DNA of 64,000 nucleotides from Candidatus Bathyarchaeota archaeon (GCA_963720565.1 CAVRFW010000013.1:32001-96000), one strand, 5' to 3'. Shown: positions 20,283 through 31,507, counted from the first letter of the stretch. A program made the numbers and translations. Notes: generated by a model not told the origin, from the letters alone.

Positions 20283-22903
20283 ATGCATAAAAGTAATACT
20301 GCAATAGCGATTGTCCTATTTCTGATGTTTACGCTAACACTCACAGCATTACCTCTGGCTAAAGCACACGATCCTCCGTGGCAGATTCCAACGTATGCAT
20401 ACATACAAGCTGTTCCAAACCCCGTTGGTGTCGGACAGGCAGCCCACGTTTACATGTGGATTGACAAGATTCCTAACGGTGCCTCCCCAACCAATAACAT
20501 CCGACTGCACGACTACAAGCTCACGATCACGACGCCAGATGGCACAACAACAACAAAGACCTGGGCTACCGTTGAAGATACAACGTCAAACCAAGGTTAC
20601 TCTTTTACTCCCGCCCAAACAGGTACATTACACTCTCAAGTTCGATTTTCCAGGATTGACATTCACCTACACCGATTTAGTCTTTAGTTTCTTTGGTCCC
20701 CCTGGACCAAGTGCATACATCAACGATACTTATCTCCCTAGCACCGCAACAACTACGCTAACCGTTCAGGAAGAACCACTATACACGTACCCAACCACTC
20801 CACTTCCAACAGAATACTGGACACGACCAATATACGGAGAAAACTCAAATTGGTGGGCTATCTCTTCAAACTGGCTAGGCACTGGTGCACCCGGCTATGA
20901 TAACGGCATCGGAGGCGCTGGCTTCCCAGGCGACGCAATAGGCCCCCAAACCAGTCACGTCATGTGGACCAAACCCTTCCAAAGCGGCGGAGTCGTAGGA
21001 GGAAACAACTATGAAATCCAAGGAGACACATTCTTCGAAGGCTCAGCATACGCCAACAGATTCAACAACCCAATAATCGTTGATGGAATGCTCTACTACA
21101 AGGAACCCCTCTCTTTCGGCAGCGGGTCAGGCGGACCAACCAAATGCGTTGACCTGCGGACCGGACAAGTCATCTGGTCCCGCACCGACGTACCATCGCT
21201 ATCATTCGCCTACATGTATGACGTACAAAGCTTCAACCAGCACGGAGTCTATCCGCCAATTCTGTTTGCGAGCACCGGTGGATTCTTTTTCTCGGGCCCT
21301 GTGACTTTGAGAGCCTATGACGCATACACAGGCGACCATCTATTCAACTTGACAGGCGTCCCTGACGGCCAGACGGACATGGGTCCCAAAGGGGAGTACT
21401 TGGTCATCGGACTCACAAACTTGGGCAACTTCATGGCGCCAAACTACTATTTGACACAGTGGAACATGTCAAAACTATGGGAAAGCCAATACTTCGGGGC
21501 AAGCACAACACCCTCCATCATTCCACCAATTACCGACGCAACCAACCCAAGCCTATACGACTACAACATGTCAATGCCAACGCTCAACACTATGGCTTCG
21601 CCCACCATGCTTGCAGCCTTCACCGGGGACGTCGCGCTCTTCAGGAGCGGATCCTACCCTTGCAGGTGCAAGCACCTCGTTCAGTGCGCCAAGCAGCTCT
21701 CCCTACACGTACTTCGCAGTGAACCTCAACTCATCCAAGGGCGCAATCGGGTCCATTCAGTGGTCAAACACGGTCACCCCGCCAACAGGCAACATCACTG
21801 TCTCGTTCGCAGCAGCCGACCCGGACACCGATGTGTTCGTTGAATACCAAACAGAAACCATGCAGTACGTTGGATATAGCATGACGACAGGCCAGAAAAT
21901 ATGGGGACCAATCGGCAACCAAGACGCACTAGCCTTCTACTGGATGGGCTACAGCGGTCAAGGTGCCCAAGTTGCCTACGGAAACCTCTACAGCTGCAGC
22001 AACATGGCAGGAATAGTCTACTGCTTTGACCTGAAAACCGGAACCCAATTGTGGTCATACGGCAACGGCGGAGAAGGAAACAGCACACACAGCGGCTTCG
22101 AAGTACCGGGACCATATCCAACTATCATATATGCCATCGGCAACGACGTAGTATACACAGTGACCAGCGAACACACGGTTGAAACACCGATATACAAAGG
22201 CGCACTCACAAGAGCCATCAACGCCCACACCGGAGAAGAAATCTGGACGCTTTCAAACGACAACAACGCAGGTTCCTCAGCAGCTGCCATCGCAGACGGC
22301 TACGCAACCATCGCCAACGGCTATGACAACCAAATCTACGTCATCGGAAGAGGCTCTAGCCTAACCACTGCAACCGCGGGACCGAAAGTTCAGACATTCG
22401 GAAACAACGTGATCATAGAAGGCACAATCATGGACAGCTCCTCCGGCACGAAACAGGAAGAGCAGATTGCCCGTTTTCCAAACGGAGTCCCCTGTGCATC
22501 TGATGCAAGCATGAGTGACTGGATGAGCTACATCTACCAACAACAACCGTTTCCAACAGACTTCACAGGCGTCGAAGTATCAATTGACGTTTTTGACTCT
22601 AACGGCAACTACCGAAACATAGGCACAGCAACAACCGATGCAAAAGGCATGTACAGTTTCACATGGACCCCAGATATTCCAGGCGACTTCAAGGTAATCG
22701 TGACTTTCGCAGGCACAAACGGCTATTGGCCATCAAGCTCGGAAACAGTCTTCAACGTAATGCCCGCCCCGGAAGCCACCGTCGCCCCCACAGCATCCCC
22801 TGCATCATTAGCTGACCAGTACATGCTACCAGGAATTGGCGTCATAGTCGCTGCAATCGCAGTAGTCGGCGCTGTAATAGTGCTGATGCTCAGAAAGAAG
22901 TAA
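20283..22903 (+). CDS. Secreted PQQ-like beta-propeller surface protein, paralog 2 (frameshifts near 20628 and 21660)
   Basis: Signal peptide, PNPVGVGQ, PLPTEYWTRPI, HVMWTKP, RFPNGVP, SLADQYMLP-TM-LRKK distributed over three ORFs. Confidence 0.85.
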
Positions 22904-22952
22904 ACGCTTGAGAAGACCGAAATCTTCTCTTTCCCCTTTTTTAGTCAACCAA
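22904..22952 (+). terminator. Hairpin plus pyrimidine-tract terminator
   Basis: GAGAAGA-CCGAAA-TCTTCTC then TTTCCCCTTTTTT; 49 bp identical to 25679-25727. Confidence 0.75.
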
Positions 22953-22980
22953 CAAACACAGAGGAGAAATAGGCATTTAG

Positions 22981-23085
22981 AGATTTGGTTTTTTCTGTAT
23001 TAATATTGTGTTATTACAAGAAGTTATCTTCTTCCAGTCCTACTTGGTCGCAGAAGCATTATTGCTTCTTAAAATGAAAGGAGAA
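22981..23085 (+). promoter_or_regulatory. Duplicated upstream region B
   Basis: 95/105 identical to 20171-20275; the palindrome carries two substitutions. Confidence 0.8.
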
Positions 23086-23094
23086 TAAGAAAAA

Positions 23095-25678
23095 ATGAAA
23101 TTTGCTAAAACTACATCTTTGTTTGCTTTGATTCTGATGATAACGCTAACAATCCCCATGATAATGCAAGCACCTGTAAAAGCGGATTCGACGGTGAATG
23201 TTAAAACTTATCTGTTTGTCAATGCGGCACCTAGCCCCGTGGGCGTCGGTCAAACTATATTCGTTAGCCTCTTCTTCAGCAAACCTGTACCCATTATCGG
23301 CGGATTCGGCGGCGCAACCCTGCTTGAAAATCTAAAGGTCAATATTGTCAAGCCAGACGGAACTAATGAGACACTCGGACCATATACATCTGACACGACA
23401 GGCGGTGTAGGCGGACTCACTTACACGCCAGCTACAACAGGAACCTACACCTTCCAAGGTATATTCCCTGGGCAAAATATTGGGATGGACTCTTTCACCA
23501 ACACTACCTATCATATGAATGCAGATATGAGTCCTGCCGTCACAGTTGTCGTACAGGAAGAAGCGGTAGGGGGCTATTTCTAGTCCTCCGCTTCCAACCG
23601 ATTACTGGACACGTCCATTATACGCAACAAACTACGATTGGGCGCAAAAGATTGGCGGAAACTGGTATGGCTTAGGAAGACCCGCGTTCAACCATTGCGG
23701 TGGATACGATGCCTCAAACAACAACTACAATCCATATAGCACTGCACCGAAAACTGCTCACGTTTTGTGGACCAAACCAACTACAACCGGAGGCCAACCT
23801 GGCGGCGAAACAATCGCTGATCAAAACAGCGCGTACTGTGCATCTTCTCCACTCTACCACAGCTTTGAGCCGGTGATTCTGAACGGAATAGTCTACTATA
23901 ATTATTGGGCAGCTCAAACAGACAATGCAGGCATCCTTGCAGTCGACATTCGCACAGGAGAAACACTCTGGCACAAAAACACCACTGACATATTGATTTA
24001 CGGTCAAGTTATGACGTTCCACAACAACGAGGAATTCGGCTCTCAAGCATTTCTATGGACATCACATGAGGCTGGCATAGGACCCATGGGCATGTTTGGC
24101 CCAACAATCATCTACGAATACAAAATAATCGATCCAGTAACAGGAAATGACATGGCCACCGTAACTGACATTCCCAGCGCAATCGGTGGTATGTTTTCAA
24201 CATCAATAGGCGCATCAATAGATAAAGAGCCAACCACTGGATTCTATTGCTCAGGAGGAATACTAATCCACTGGGTGGACAGCGGCAAACTCTACATGTG
24301 GAACTCAACTCTCATCCTAGCCCCTCCCTTTGCCTTCTTCGCGACACCATACAAGCCAACAGGCAGCTACAACTTCACAGCCGGCATACAATGGTCGGTA
24401 ACTCTCCCTGCAGCAAATCCAGCATATAGTATAGGACAAGCTCCTATAACCGACGAAGCAATAGTATTGACTTCATATCCCTCAATCCTTCCGACTTTCG
24501 CCACACAATACGGCGGTCCTACCGCTACAGACATAGCATACAATCCTAAAACTGGAGCACTCTTGTGGGGACCAGTAACCCAGACTTTGACGGAGCAGAA
24601 TCAAGTAGGCGTAGTAGCTGCAGGCGAGGGCGTCTATGTAAGACACGACAAAGATACAAATGAAGCGTTCGGATATTCACTGACAAATGGACAGAAACTC
24701 TGGGGACCAACCCAGCTTGTAGGCAACGCTCTAAGCCACCTATATGAATCTGCCGCAATCGCTTATGGCAGAGTTTACATTTGGGACTACGGCGGCTACT
24801 GCAACGCTATTGATCTTGAAACTGGACACCTTGACTGGACCTACACCCGCGGATCCTCTGGCTATGATAACCCATTCGGCTCATATCCTCTCTGGGTCTA
24901 CTCCTCCCAAAGCATTGCTGACGGAATGCTATTCCTCTCCGAAGGAAAGCTGTACGATCCACCTCTGTTCCCTAATGCACGAAAACTAGCCATAAACTGC
25001 ACTGACGGCTCAGTTGTCTGGTCGATAAACGGAGCATTCCAAAGAGACGTAGCACCTATCGCAGATGGCGAAATGCTTGCATGGAACGGATATGACGGCC
25101 AAATATACGCTTTCGGCACTGGAGCAACTAAGACTACTGTCACCGCACCTAACGTGGGCGTTACGACTTCCACGCCAATAACGATAACGGGTACAGTAAC
25201 GGATATCTCATCAGGCGCATCGCAAAATGCAGTTGCATCGAACTTCCCCAATGGCTTACCATGCGTTTCTGACGCAAGTATGACTCCATTTATGGAAGCC
25301 GTTTACGAGCAGCAAACAATGCCAACCAGCCTGACCGGAGTAACAGTAACAGTATCTGTCACCGACATAAACGGCAACAGTTACGACATAGGCACAACAA
25401 CAACTGACCCAACCACAGGTTTCTACAGCATAAACTGGACACCCACCATACCCGGCAACTTCCTTGTCACTGCAACTTTCGCAAACACTCAATCATACTA
25501 CGGATCCTCCGCTAAGACAGCCTTCTACGCAAGCGAAGCCCCTGCTGCCACTCCCGAACCGACTCAGGCACCTGCATCACTAGCTGACCAGTACTTGCTT
25601 CCTGCAACGGGCGGAATAATCGCGGCAATCGCAATAGTCGGCATAGCGATAATTGCGCTGATGCTCAGAAAAAAGTAG
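23095..25678 (+). CDS. Secreted PQQ-like beta-propeller surface protein, paralog 3 (frameshift near 23577)
   Basis: Removing one T restores GYSSPPLPTDYWTRP and joins the 23095 and 23765 ORFs; same family motifs and C-terminal anchor. Confidence 0.88.
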
Positions 25679-25727
25679 ACGCTTGAGAAGACCGAAATCT
25701 TCTCTTTCCCCTTTTTTAGTCAACCAA
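25679..25727 (+). terminator. Hairpin plus pyrimidine-tract terminator
   Basis: Identical to 22904-22952. Confidence 0.75.
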
Positions 25728-25764
25728 TAACGAGTACAAAGGAGAAGGATGGAGAGTTTAGAAG

Positions 25765-25874
25765 GATGGGGCTGAGTGGGCTCTGGAACAAGTCATGACT
25801 GTCTAGTCAGCAGTCAAGAGTTGAATTTCTTTCCTTTCTCCTTACAGTATAATTCCGGAGCCCCAGCAAACCCC
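25765..25874 (+). ncRNA. Candidate structured ncRNA, copy 2 (BHB-like arms, variable interior)
   Basis: GGG-GCTG-AGT-GGGCTCTGGAA ... TTCCGGAGCCC-CAGC-AAA-CCC; 11-bp inner stem with one U.G pair; internal hairpin TGACTG-TCTAGTCAG-CAGTCA. Confidence 0.65.
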
Positions 25875-26159
25875 TATTTATCTTTACTCAGGAGGCGCTT
25901 GGGGTCCAAAATCTTCAAAGAAGCAAGTCAGTCTTGGATCTTTCATGGTTAATTAAGAATTCTGCATGGAAATACCCAGATAATTATTTCAACCTCAGTC
26001 TGAGTGCGTGTAACGCATAAGTTGGTTATTCTCAAATCTTACTGGCTGCTTCGTTTAGTTTTTTCCGTGTTTTTGCCTGTGCTAAATAGTATTAAATACA
26101 AGTTGGTCTGAAAGGAGCATTGGCCTTGAAAAGGGCTTATAATGAAAGGAGAATAGAAA

Positions 26160-28691
26160 TTGACTAGAAATAGAATTGCTGCAGCGATTGTTATGTTTCT
26201 GATGTTAAGCATGATCATTGCGACAGTTGCTTTTCCGGCTGTTCGAGCACAGATTCTTCCCTCGTTCCTGCTAATCAACGTTGCACCTAACCCCATCGGC
26301 GTCGGACAAACCGCGCAGGTGAACGCTTTTCTAAGTAAACCGCCAATGACAGCGGGTCTGGGTGGTTCCGGCGACATGTTCAAAGGCATCACGGTGGAAG
26401 TCACGAGGCCTGACGGAACAAAGCAAACTCTGGGACCATTCACATCTGACGCAACAGGAGGAACCTACACCGCTTTCACGCCTAGTACAGTTGGCAACTA
26501 CACATTCAAAGCGTCTTACCCAGGGCAACGTATAGAGGCATGGTCGTACTCGCCGTTTGGTCCCCCGACTTTTATCAATGTTACATATACGGCCAGTACT
26601 AGCCCAACAGTAACCCTTGTCGTACAGGAAGAAGCTATACCGACATATTCCAGTCCTCCCCTTCCGACGGAATACTGGTCTCGCCCAATATACGCAACAA
26701 ACTACGGGTGGGCTCAACTTGGCGGAAGCTGGTTTGGACTTGCACCGGCAGTATTCGCCACCACTGGAGGGTATGATGCAACTGGAAACTTCAATCCATA
26801 CACCACCGCACCAAACACTGCTCACGTAATGTGGACAAAACCCACGCATTTCGGAGGACAAGCAGGATCACCTATAAGCGCCGACCAAATGAGCCAATAC
26901 ATGTCCACAACGATAGCCACGAACTTCTTCGAACCCGTAATCCTTAACGGAATACTCTACTACACTCATTTTGCGGGTCCAAACGCCGCCAAAGCAAGCT
27001 GGGAAGCTGTAGACATACGCACAGGAGAAGTCCTGTGGAGCAGATCAGCGGGCGAAACAGGCAATGAAGTCATTCGCATGGGCCAAATCCTGCGTTGGCA
27101 TTCGATTCAAGAATATGGTTCTTGGGCTTTCCTATATAGCTGCGAATCGGGAGGATTCTTCCAAGCAATATCCTTCTTCTCAATATATGATGCATTCACA
27201 GGAGAATTCGTAGCAAACATAACTGGAGTTCAGAATCCATCATTTCTGATGGATCTTGAATCAGAACAGCAGGGAACATTACTAGGCTACTACGTCGCTT
27301 CAGATGGCAACTTGACTCTTTGGAACTCGACCCGACTAATGATGAGCAATAGTTGGGATCAGATAACTATCCGTCCAGCCGGCACATACAATTGGTCGAC
27401 AGGAATAGAGTGGTCAGTGCCGATGCCAACAACGGTTGGAAACGCACCCATAGGCGGATCGATGGGCATTGCCGCAATAACTCCCGAAGTGATATTGCTC
27501 CGTTATGCTCCTTCACCCGGCATGTTTGTCGAACTCAGTTACGGCTATCAGATCACCGCAGGTATCGATGCAAAAACTGGAAGGTTGCTCTGGGGACCAA
27601 CAAACCAAACAATACCTAACCTTCAAGACGTGGCTATAATAGCAGCAGACGAAGGTGTCTACGTATTGCACAACAAAGACACGAATGAAGCATACGGTTA
27701 CTCACTAGAAACAGGGAACCTAATGTGGGGACCAGTTAAACTTCCAGGAAACGCTTGGGCCGTTATGTCACGGTCCGCGGAAATCGCCTACGGCAAAATA
27801 TTCATCTGGGACTTCGGCGGCTACGTGAATGCTTTGAACGCAGATACAGGAAGTATCGAGTGGACTTTAGTCCCGAGAAGTGCTGGCTACAACACTGGCT
27901 ATGGCATCTATCCCCTTTGGTACACTGGAAGCATATGCGACGGAAAGCTATTCCTCTCAGAGAGCCACATGTACAATCCGCCGCTGTTCCCAGACGCTCA
28001 AAGACTCGTTATCGACTGCGAAACAGGAGAGCTTGTCTGGAGCGTACTAAGCTTCGACGGGCGAGTGCCTGCCGCTCATGCAGACGGCTACATGGTAGAG
28101 TGGAACAGCTACGATAACCAAATATACTCATTCGGCAAGGGTCAAACCGCCACCACAATCGCAGCTTCGCCAAAGGTTTCAGTGCAAGGCAACAAAGTAT
28201 TGGTTGAAGGAACTGTTACTGACGAATCACCTGGAACGAAAGATTCCGATAGGACAGCTCGTTTTCCAAACGGCGTCCCAGCAGTCTCTGACACAAGCAT
28301 GAGTGCATGGATGGAATACGTTTACATGCAACAGCCCAAGCCTACGGACACAACTGGCGTTGAAGTAGTCATAACCGTTCTTGATCCTAACGGCAACTGT
28401 TACGAGGTAGGCAGAACAGCAAGCGACATGGACGGCTTTTTCAAGCTGACGTTTGAACCAGAAGTCCCAGGCGAATACACCGTATATGCCTCGTTTGAAG
28501 GCTCAGAGTCATACTGGCCCTCATCTGCGCTCACCGCTATAAGTGTGGCAGAAGCAACTGAAGCTACTCCTGAACCAACACAAGCGCCTGCAACTATGGC
28601 TGAACAGTACTTGCTGCCCGGAGTAGTCGGCCTGTTCGCTGCAATCGCAATCGTCGGCGTCGTATTAGCACTGCTACTCAGAAAACGCTAA
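26160..28691 (+). CDS. Secreted PQQ-like beta-propeller surface protein, paralog 4 (intact, 843 aa)
   Basis: TTG start after AAGGAGAA, signal peptide, propeller repeats, MAEQYLLP-TM-LRKR. Confidence 0.92.
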   Translation: MTRNRIAAAIVMFLMLSMIIATVAFPAVRAQILPSFLLINVAPNPIGVGQTAQVNAFLSKPPMTAGLGGSGDMFKGITVEVTRPDGTKQTLGPFTSDATGGTYTAFTPSTVGNYTFKASYPGQRIEAWSYSPFGPPTFINVTYTASTSPTVTLVVQEEAIPTYSSPPLPTEYWSRPIYATNYGWAQLGGSWFGLAPAVFATTGGYDATGNFNPYTTAPNTAHVMWTKPTHFGGQAGSPISADQMSQYMSTTIATNFFEPVILNGILYYTHFAGPNAAKASWEAVDIRTGEVLWSRSAGETGNEVIRMGQILRWHSIQEYGSWAFLYSCESGGFFQAISFFSIYDAFTGEFVANITGVQNPSFLMDLESEQQGTLLGYYVASDGNLTLWNSTRLMMSNSWDQITIRPAGTYNWSTGIEWSVPMPTTVGNAPIGGSMGIAAITPEVILLRYAPSPGMFVELSYGYQITAGIDAKTGRLLWGPTNQTIPNLQDVAIIAADEGVYVLHNKDTNEAYGYSLETGNLMWGPVKLPGNAWAVMSRSAEIAYGKIFIWDFGGYVNALNADTGSIEWTLVPRSAGYNTGYGIYPLWYTGSICDGKLFLSESHMYNPPLFPDAQRLVIDCETGELVWSVLSFDGRVPAAHADGYMVEWNSYDNQIYSFGKGQTATTIAASPKVSVQGNKVLVEGTVTDESPGTKDSDRTARFPNGVPAVSDTSMSAWMEYVYMQQPKPTDTTGVEVVITVLDPNGNCYEVGRTASDMDGFFKLTFEPEVPGEYTVYASFEGSESYWPSSALTAISVAEATEATPEPTQAPATMAEQYLLPGVVGLFAAIAIVGVVLALLLRKR

Positions 28692-28735
28692 ACATCTTGA
28701 AAGCACAAGCTTTCAACTTCCCCTTTTTTAGTCAA
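28692..28735 (+). terminator. Hairpin plus T-tract terminator
   Basis: TTGAAAGC-ACAA-GCTTTCAA then CTTCCCTTTTTTAGTCAA. Confidence 0.7.
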
Positions 28736-28876
28736 ACAATAAGCAATCGAAATAACAAAAATTGGTACATGGATAAAGCCATCTAACACTTGAAACAATT
28801 GTATTGGGGCGCGAGCGCCTTTCTTATAAAGAACCTTCCCCATAAAGAACAAATCACAGAAACACTGCGTGCCAAG

Positions 28877-29251
28877 ATGAAGGCCAAGAATATTGTTGCC
28901 TGCGCAGACGGAGCGTACGTTAAAGATGGAAAAGTATTGCTTTTGAAGAGGGCGAAAGAGCCATTCAAGGACCGTTGGAGCCTTGTCGGAGGTCACGCTG
29001 AAGGAAAGGAGACATTGGAAGAAGCTTTGAAGAGAGAATTCAAAGAAGAGACTAATTTAGAGGTAGAGATTGGCGAGCCACTGGGAGAACGATTTGAGGA
29101 GACCTTTGACAGAATAAAGAAGATCGTGACGTTTGAGGTGACTTCTGCCAAAGGAGACATCCGCCTTAATTCAGAAAACACAGAATACGGCTGGTTCGAC
29201 CACATACCTCCAAACTCAGTCTTTGACTACGCCAAATACCTTAAGAAATAA
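28877..29251 (+). CDS. NUDIX hydrolase
   Basis: [24 protein letters not shown]udix box. Confidence 0.9.
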   Translation: MKAKNIVACADGAYVKDGKVLLLKRAKEPFKDRWSLVGGHAEGKETLEEALKREFKEETNLEVEIGEPLGERFEETFDRIKKIVTFEVTSAKGDIRLNSENTEYGWFDHIPPNSVFDYAKYLKK

Positions 29252-29549
29252 TTTAAGCATTGACCAAACGTCGTATGCGCGTGCAGAAAAACCCCCTCAA
29301 AATTATTATGCCTAACCGTTAGTATTCCACCAAAAAAATACGGGAAGCGAAAATAGCCGTTTCCAGAATGCCTAGCGCACACTTACCGAGTTATTGCATG
29401 GCAGAGAATGTTCTTTGAAAACGAGACCGAAAATTCCGCCTGGTTTGCAAAGAAGAATTGACTTGCCAGGTGAAGTGGGATTCTCAAATAAACTTAAAAC
29501 CGCAGAAGATCTGTTGACTCTCAAAGGCTTGAGTGCTGGGTGAAAAACC

Positions 29550-29723
29550 TTGGAAATAACTCGAGAGCAGTTTCTTGACTATGAGGCTGTGAGGCTTTCC
29601 GGAGTGACAAACATGAGCATCATCACCATTATTGAAGAACTGACTGAACTATCCCGGGAACAAATATTTGAGATAAGAAAGCGCTATGATGAACTGAAAA
29701 AGAAGTACGTCAAAAGAGAGTGA
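29550..29723 (+). CDS. Small protein, DUF5049-like (57 aa)
   Basis: MEITREQFLDYEAVRLSGVTNM...YDELKKKY; missing from the ORF track; family by recollection of the R.SG.TNM motif. Confidence 0.6.
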   Translation: MEITREQFLDYEAVRLSGVTNMSIITIIEELTELSREQIFEIRKRYDELKKKYVKRE

Positions 29724-29876
29724 ATGTACTCGGCAGACCGAATCCTCTGAAGAGACTTCTGCTAAGTTGAACTCTTAACCCCACCAGCTGCTTCTCTATG
29801 CACGAGCAATAATATTCTTGGCCCAGATTGAAAGGCTAAGCAGCCTGCTCTGTCCAGCTAAAATGAGGCACGCAAA

Positions 29877-30029
29877 CTATTCGTCGAACAGGGTGATTAT
29901 GTTGCCGAAAACTATCAGAGCCAAACCAATCGGAAGGTTCAGGTCAATGTGCTGCACGAGTGCATGAACCATAAGAACAGAACCAGCAACCAGAAAGAAA
30001 CCCGCAAGCAGCTTCCTCTTGTTTTTCAT
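29877..30029 (-). CDS. Small two-helix membrane protein (50 aa)
   Basis: MKNKRKLLAGFFLVAGSVLMVHALVQHIDLNLPIGLALIVFGNIITLFDE. Confidence 0.5.
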   Translation of the reverse strand: MKNKRKLLAGFFLVAGSVLMVHALVQHIDLNLPIGLALIVFGNIITLFDE

Positions 30030-30210
30030 TTGCAACCAGCGCCTTCCAACTCTCTTTTCCTCATAAAAACCCTTTCAATAACCTGTACAGCACAGAAACA
30101 CCAAAAGGGAGAGCCCACGGAAACTAGTTCTTGCAGCGGCAGGAACACAGCAGCTCAACATCGCTTTTTCCCAATCCTTGTGCGCGTTTAGCCAGTCGGG
30201 TAGTAGCGTA

Positions 30211-31338
30211 TTACCGTTCTTTCAACTGGTGGAAAGACATGAACGAGAAAACAGCAAAGAACACGCCCGTCGCAGCGAAAACTGGACTATAACCCACAGC
30301 TTGAGCCACAAGCCCGGCCGCTAGAACAGACCCAAATTCTGCCAGACGCATAGGCACGTGAAGCAAACCGATGTCAACAGAAACGTTTCTCCGATTTAGT
30401 GCCACTTTGGCGACGAGGTGCTCAAAGAACGCGACGCCAAACCCACGCACGAAAGCGAGAGCAAAGAGCAACGCTGGGAAAAACAATCCCGAATCAGCAA
30501 GGAGGACAGATGCTGATATGGCAACCGCGCCTTGAATCACGGCGCGTCTGAGGCTAAGGGATATTCTCAACGTGATGAACGTTGTCACAGAGGCTATCAA
30601 GTTGTAGAGCATGAACAGCCCACCTATAACGATATAGCTGTAGCCCATCTGCTGATCCATGAAGACGGGAAGAAGAAACGTGAGCAGAGGATAAGTGGCG
30701 ACACTGTTAAACATCAAGGCAATGGAAGCCCACCAGAAAGCTGAGCCTTTCCCACGCGGGTCAAGAAGCCGCAAAATGTTGGAAGTCTCCACCTTCGACG
30801 TCTTTTTTCCCGTCTTCCAGAGTAACCCAGCGGGGATTCCAATAGACGCAGAAGCAAAAACCAACAGGACTATGGTCCAAGAGAAACCAGCGTACGCGAT
30901 CCCAATGCCCGCTGCTGCACTTCCAACAGCGGTTGCTAGCCATATTACTGCGTTGTTCCTCGTGGCTTCACGACCCTCCCGATTAGGCGACAGATGAAAG
31001 ATGGCTGTCCGGTTCACCGCCCAGTACGAGGCATCCCTTAAGCCCTCGACTAATTTGCCAGCGAAAAAAACTGGAAGCGATGAGGCAACATAATATATCA
31101 GGGTGGAAAGGACAGTGGCTGGCCAGTTAAACAGGAGAAATACGTGCGACCAACCTATTCGGTCTGCGACGGCGGCGAACAAGAGGCGGGCAACCAAGAA
31201 CACAATGGGCAACACTGACAATACCACGCCTATTTCCGCCAAATTCACGTTCTGAGCAACGAGCAACAACGGAATTAGAAGTGTTAATGAGCCGGAAACG
31301 AAATTATTCAGAAAAGTTATGGCGTTGACTCTTCTCAT
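30211..31338 (-). CDS. MFS transporter
   Basis: About 12 hydrophobic segments; AVADRIGW motif-A-like loop. Confidence 0.85.
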   Translation of the reverse strand: MRRVNAITFLNNFVSGSLTLLIPLLLVAQNVNLAEIGVVLSVLPIVFLVARLLFAAVADRIGWSHVFLLFNWPATVLSTLIYYVASSLPVFFAGKLVEGLRDASYWAVNRTAIFHLSPNREGREATRNNAVIWLATAVGSAAAGIGIAYAGFSWTIVLLVFASASIGIPAGLLWKTGKKTSKVETSNILRLLDPRGKGSAFWWASIALMFNSVATYPLLTFLLPVFMDQQMGYSYIVIGGLFMLYNLIASVTTFITLRISLSLRRAVIQGAVAISASVLLADSGLFFPALLFALAFVRGFGVAFFEHLVAKVALNRRNVSVDIGLLHVPMRLAEFGSVLAAGLVAQAVGYSPVFAATGVFFAVFSFMSFHQLKER

Positions 31339-31507
31339 TCAATTTAACCTCTCATTTCCCCAAGCCCCTATTACTCGCCACCATAATTCGGCAATTCTGG
31401 GAAGCAGCCCCTAATTAAAACTTCAGGTTTTCGGACGAACCGACAGTTTGAAACCATCTAGTCCATATAGAAGCGCGCCCGATAGTGGATAAAGATGAGG
31501 ATTTTAG

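Noticed and set aside
23581..23583. TAG read-through (pyrrolysine) in paralog 3
   Set aside because: Homology continues in a different frame; one extra T explains it
25765..25874. Element as an invertible promoter switch or MITE
   Set aside because: Arms are asymmetric in the same way in both copies, no target-site duplication is evident, and there is no recombinase or transposase in the window; not fully excluded
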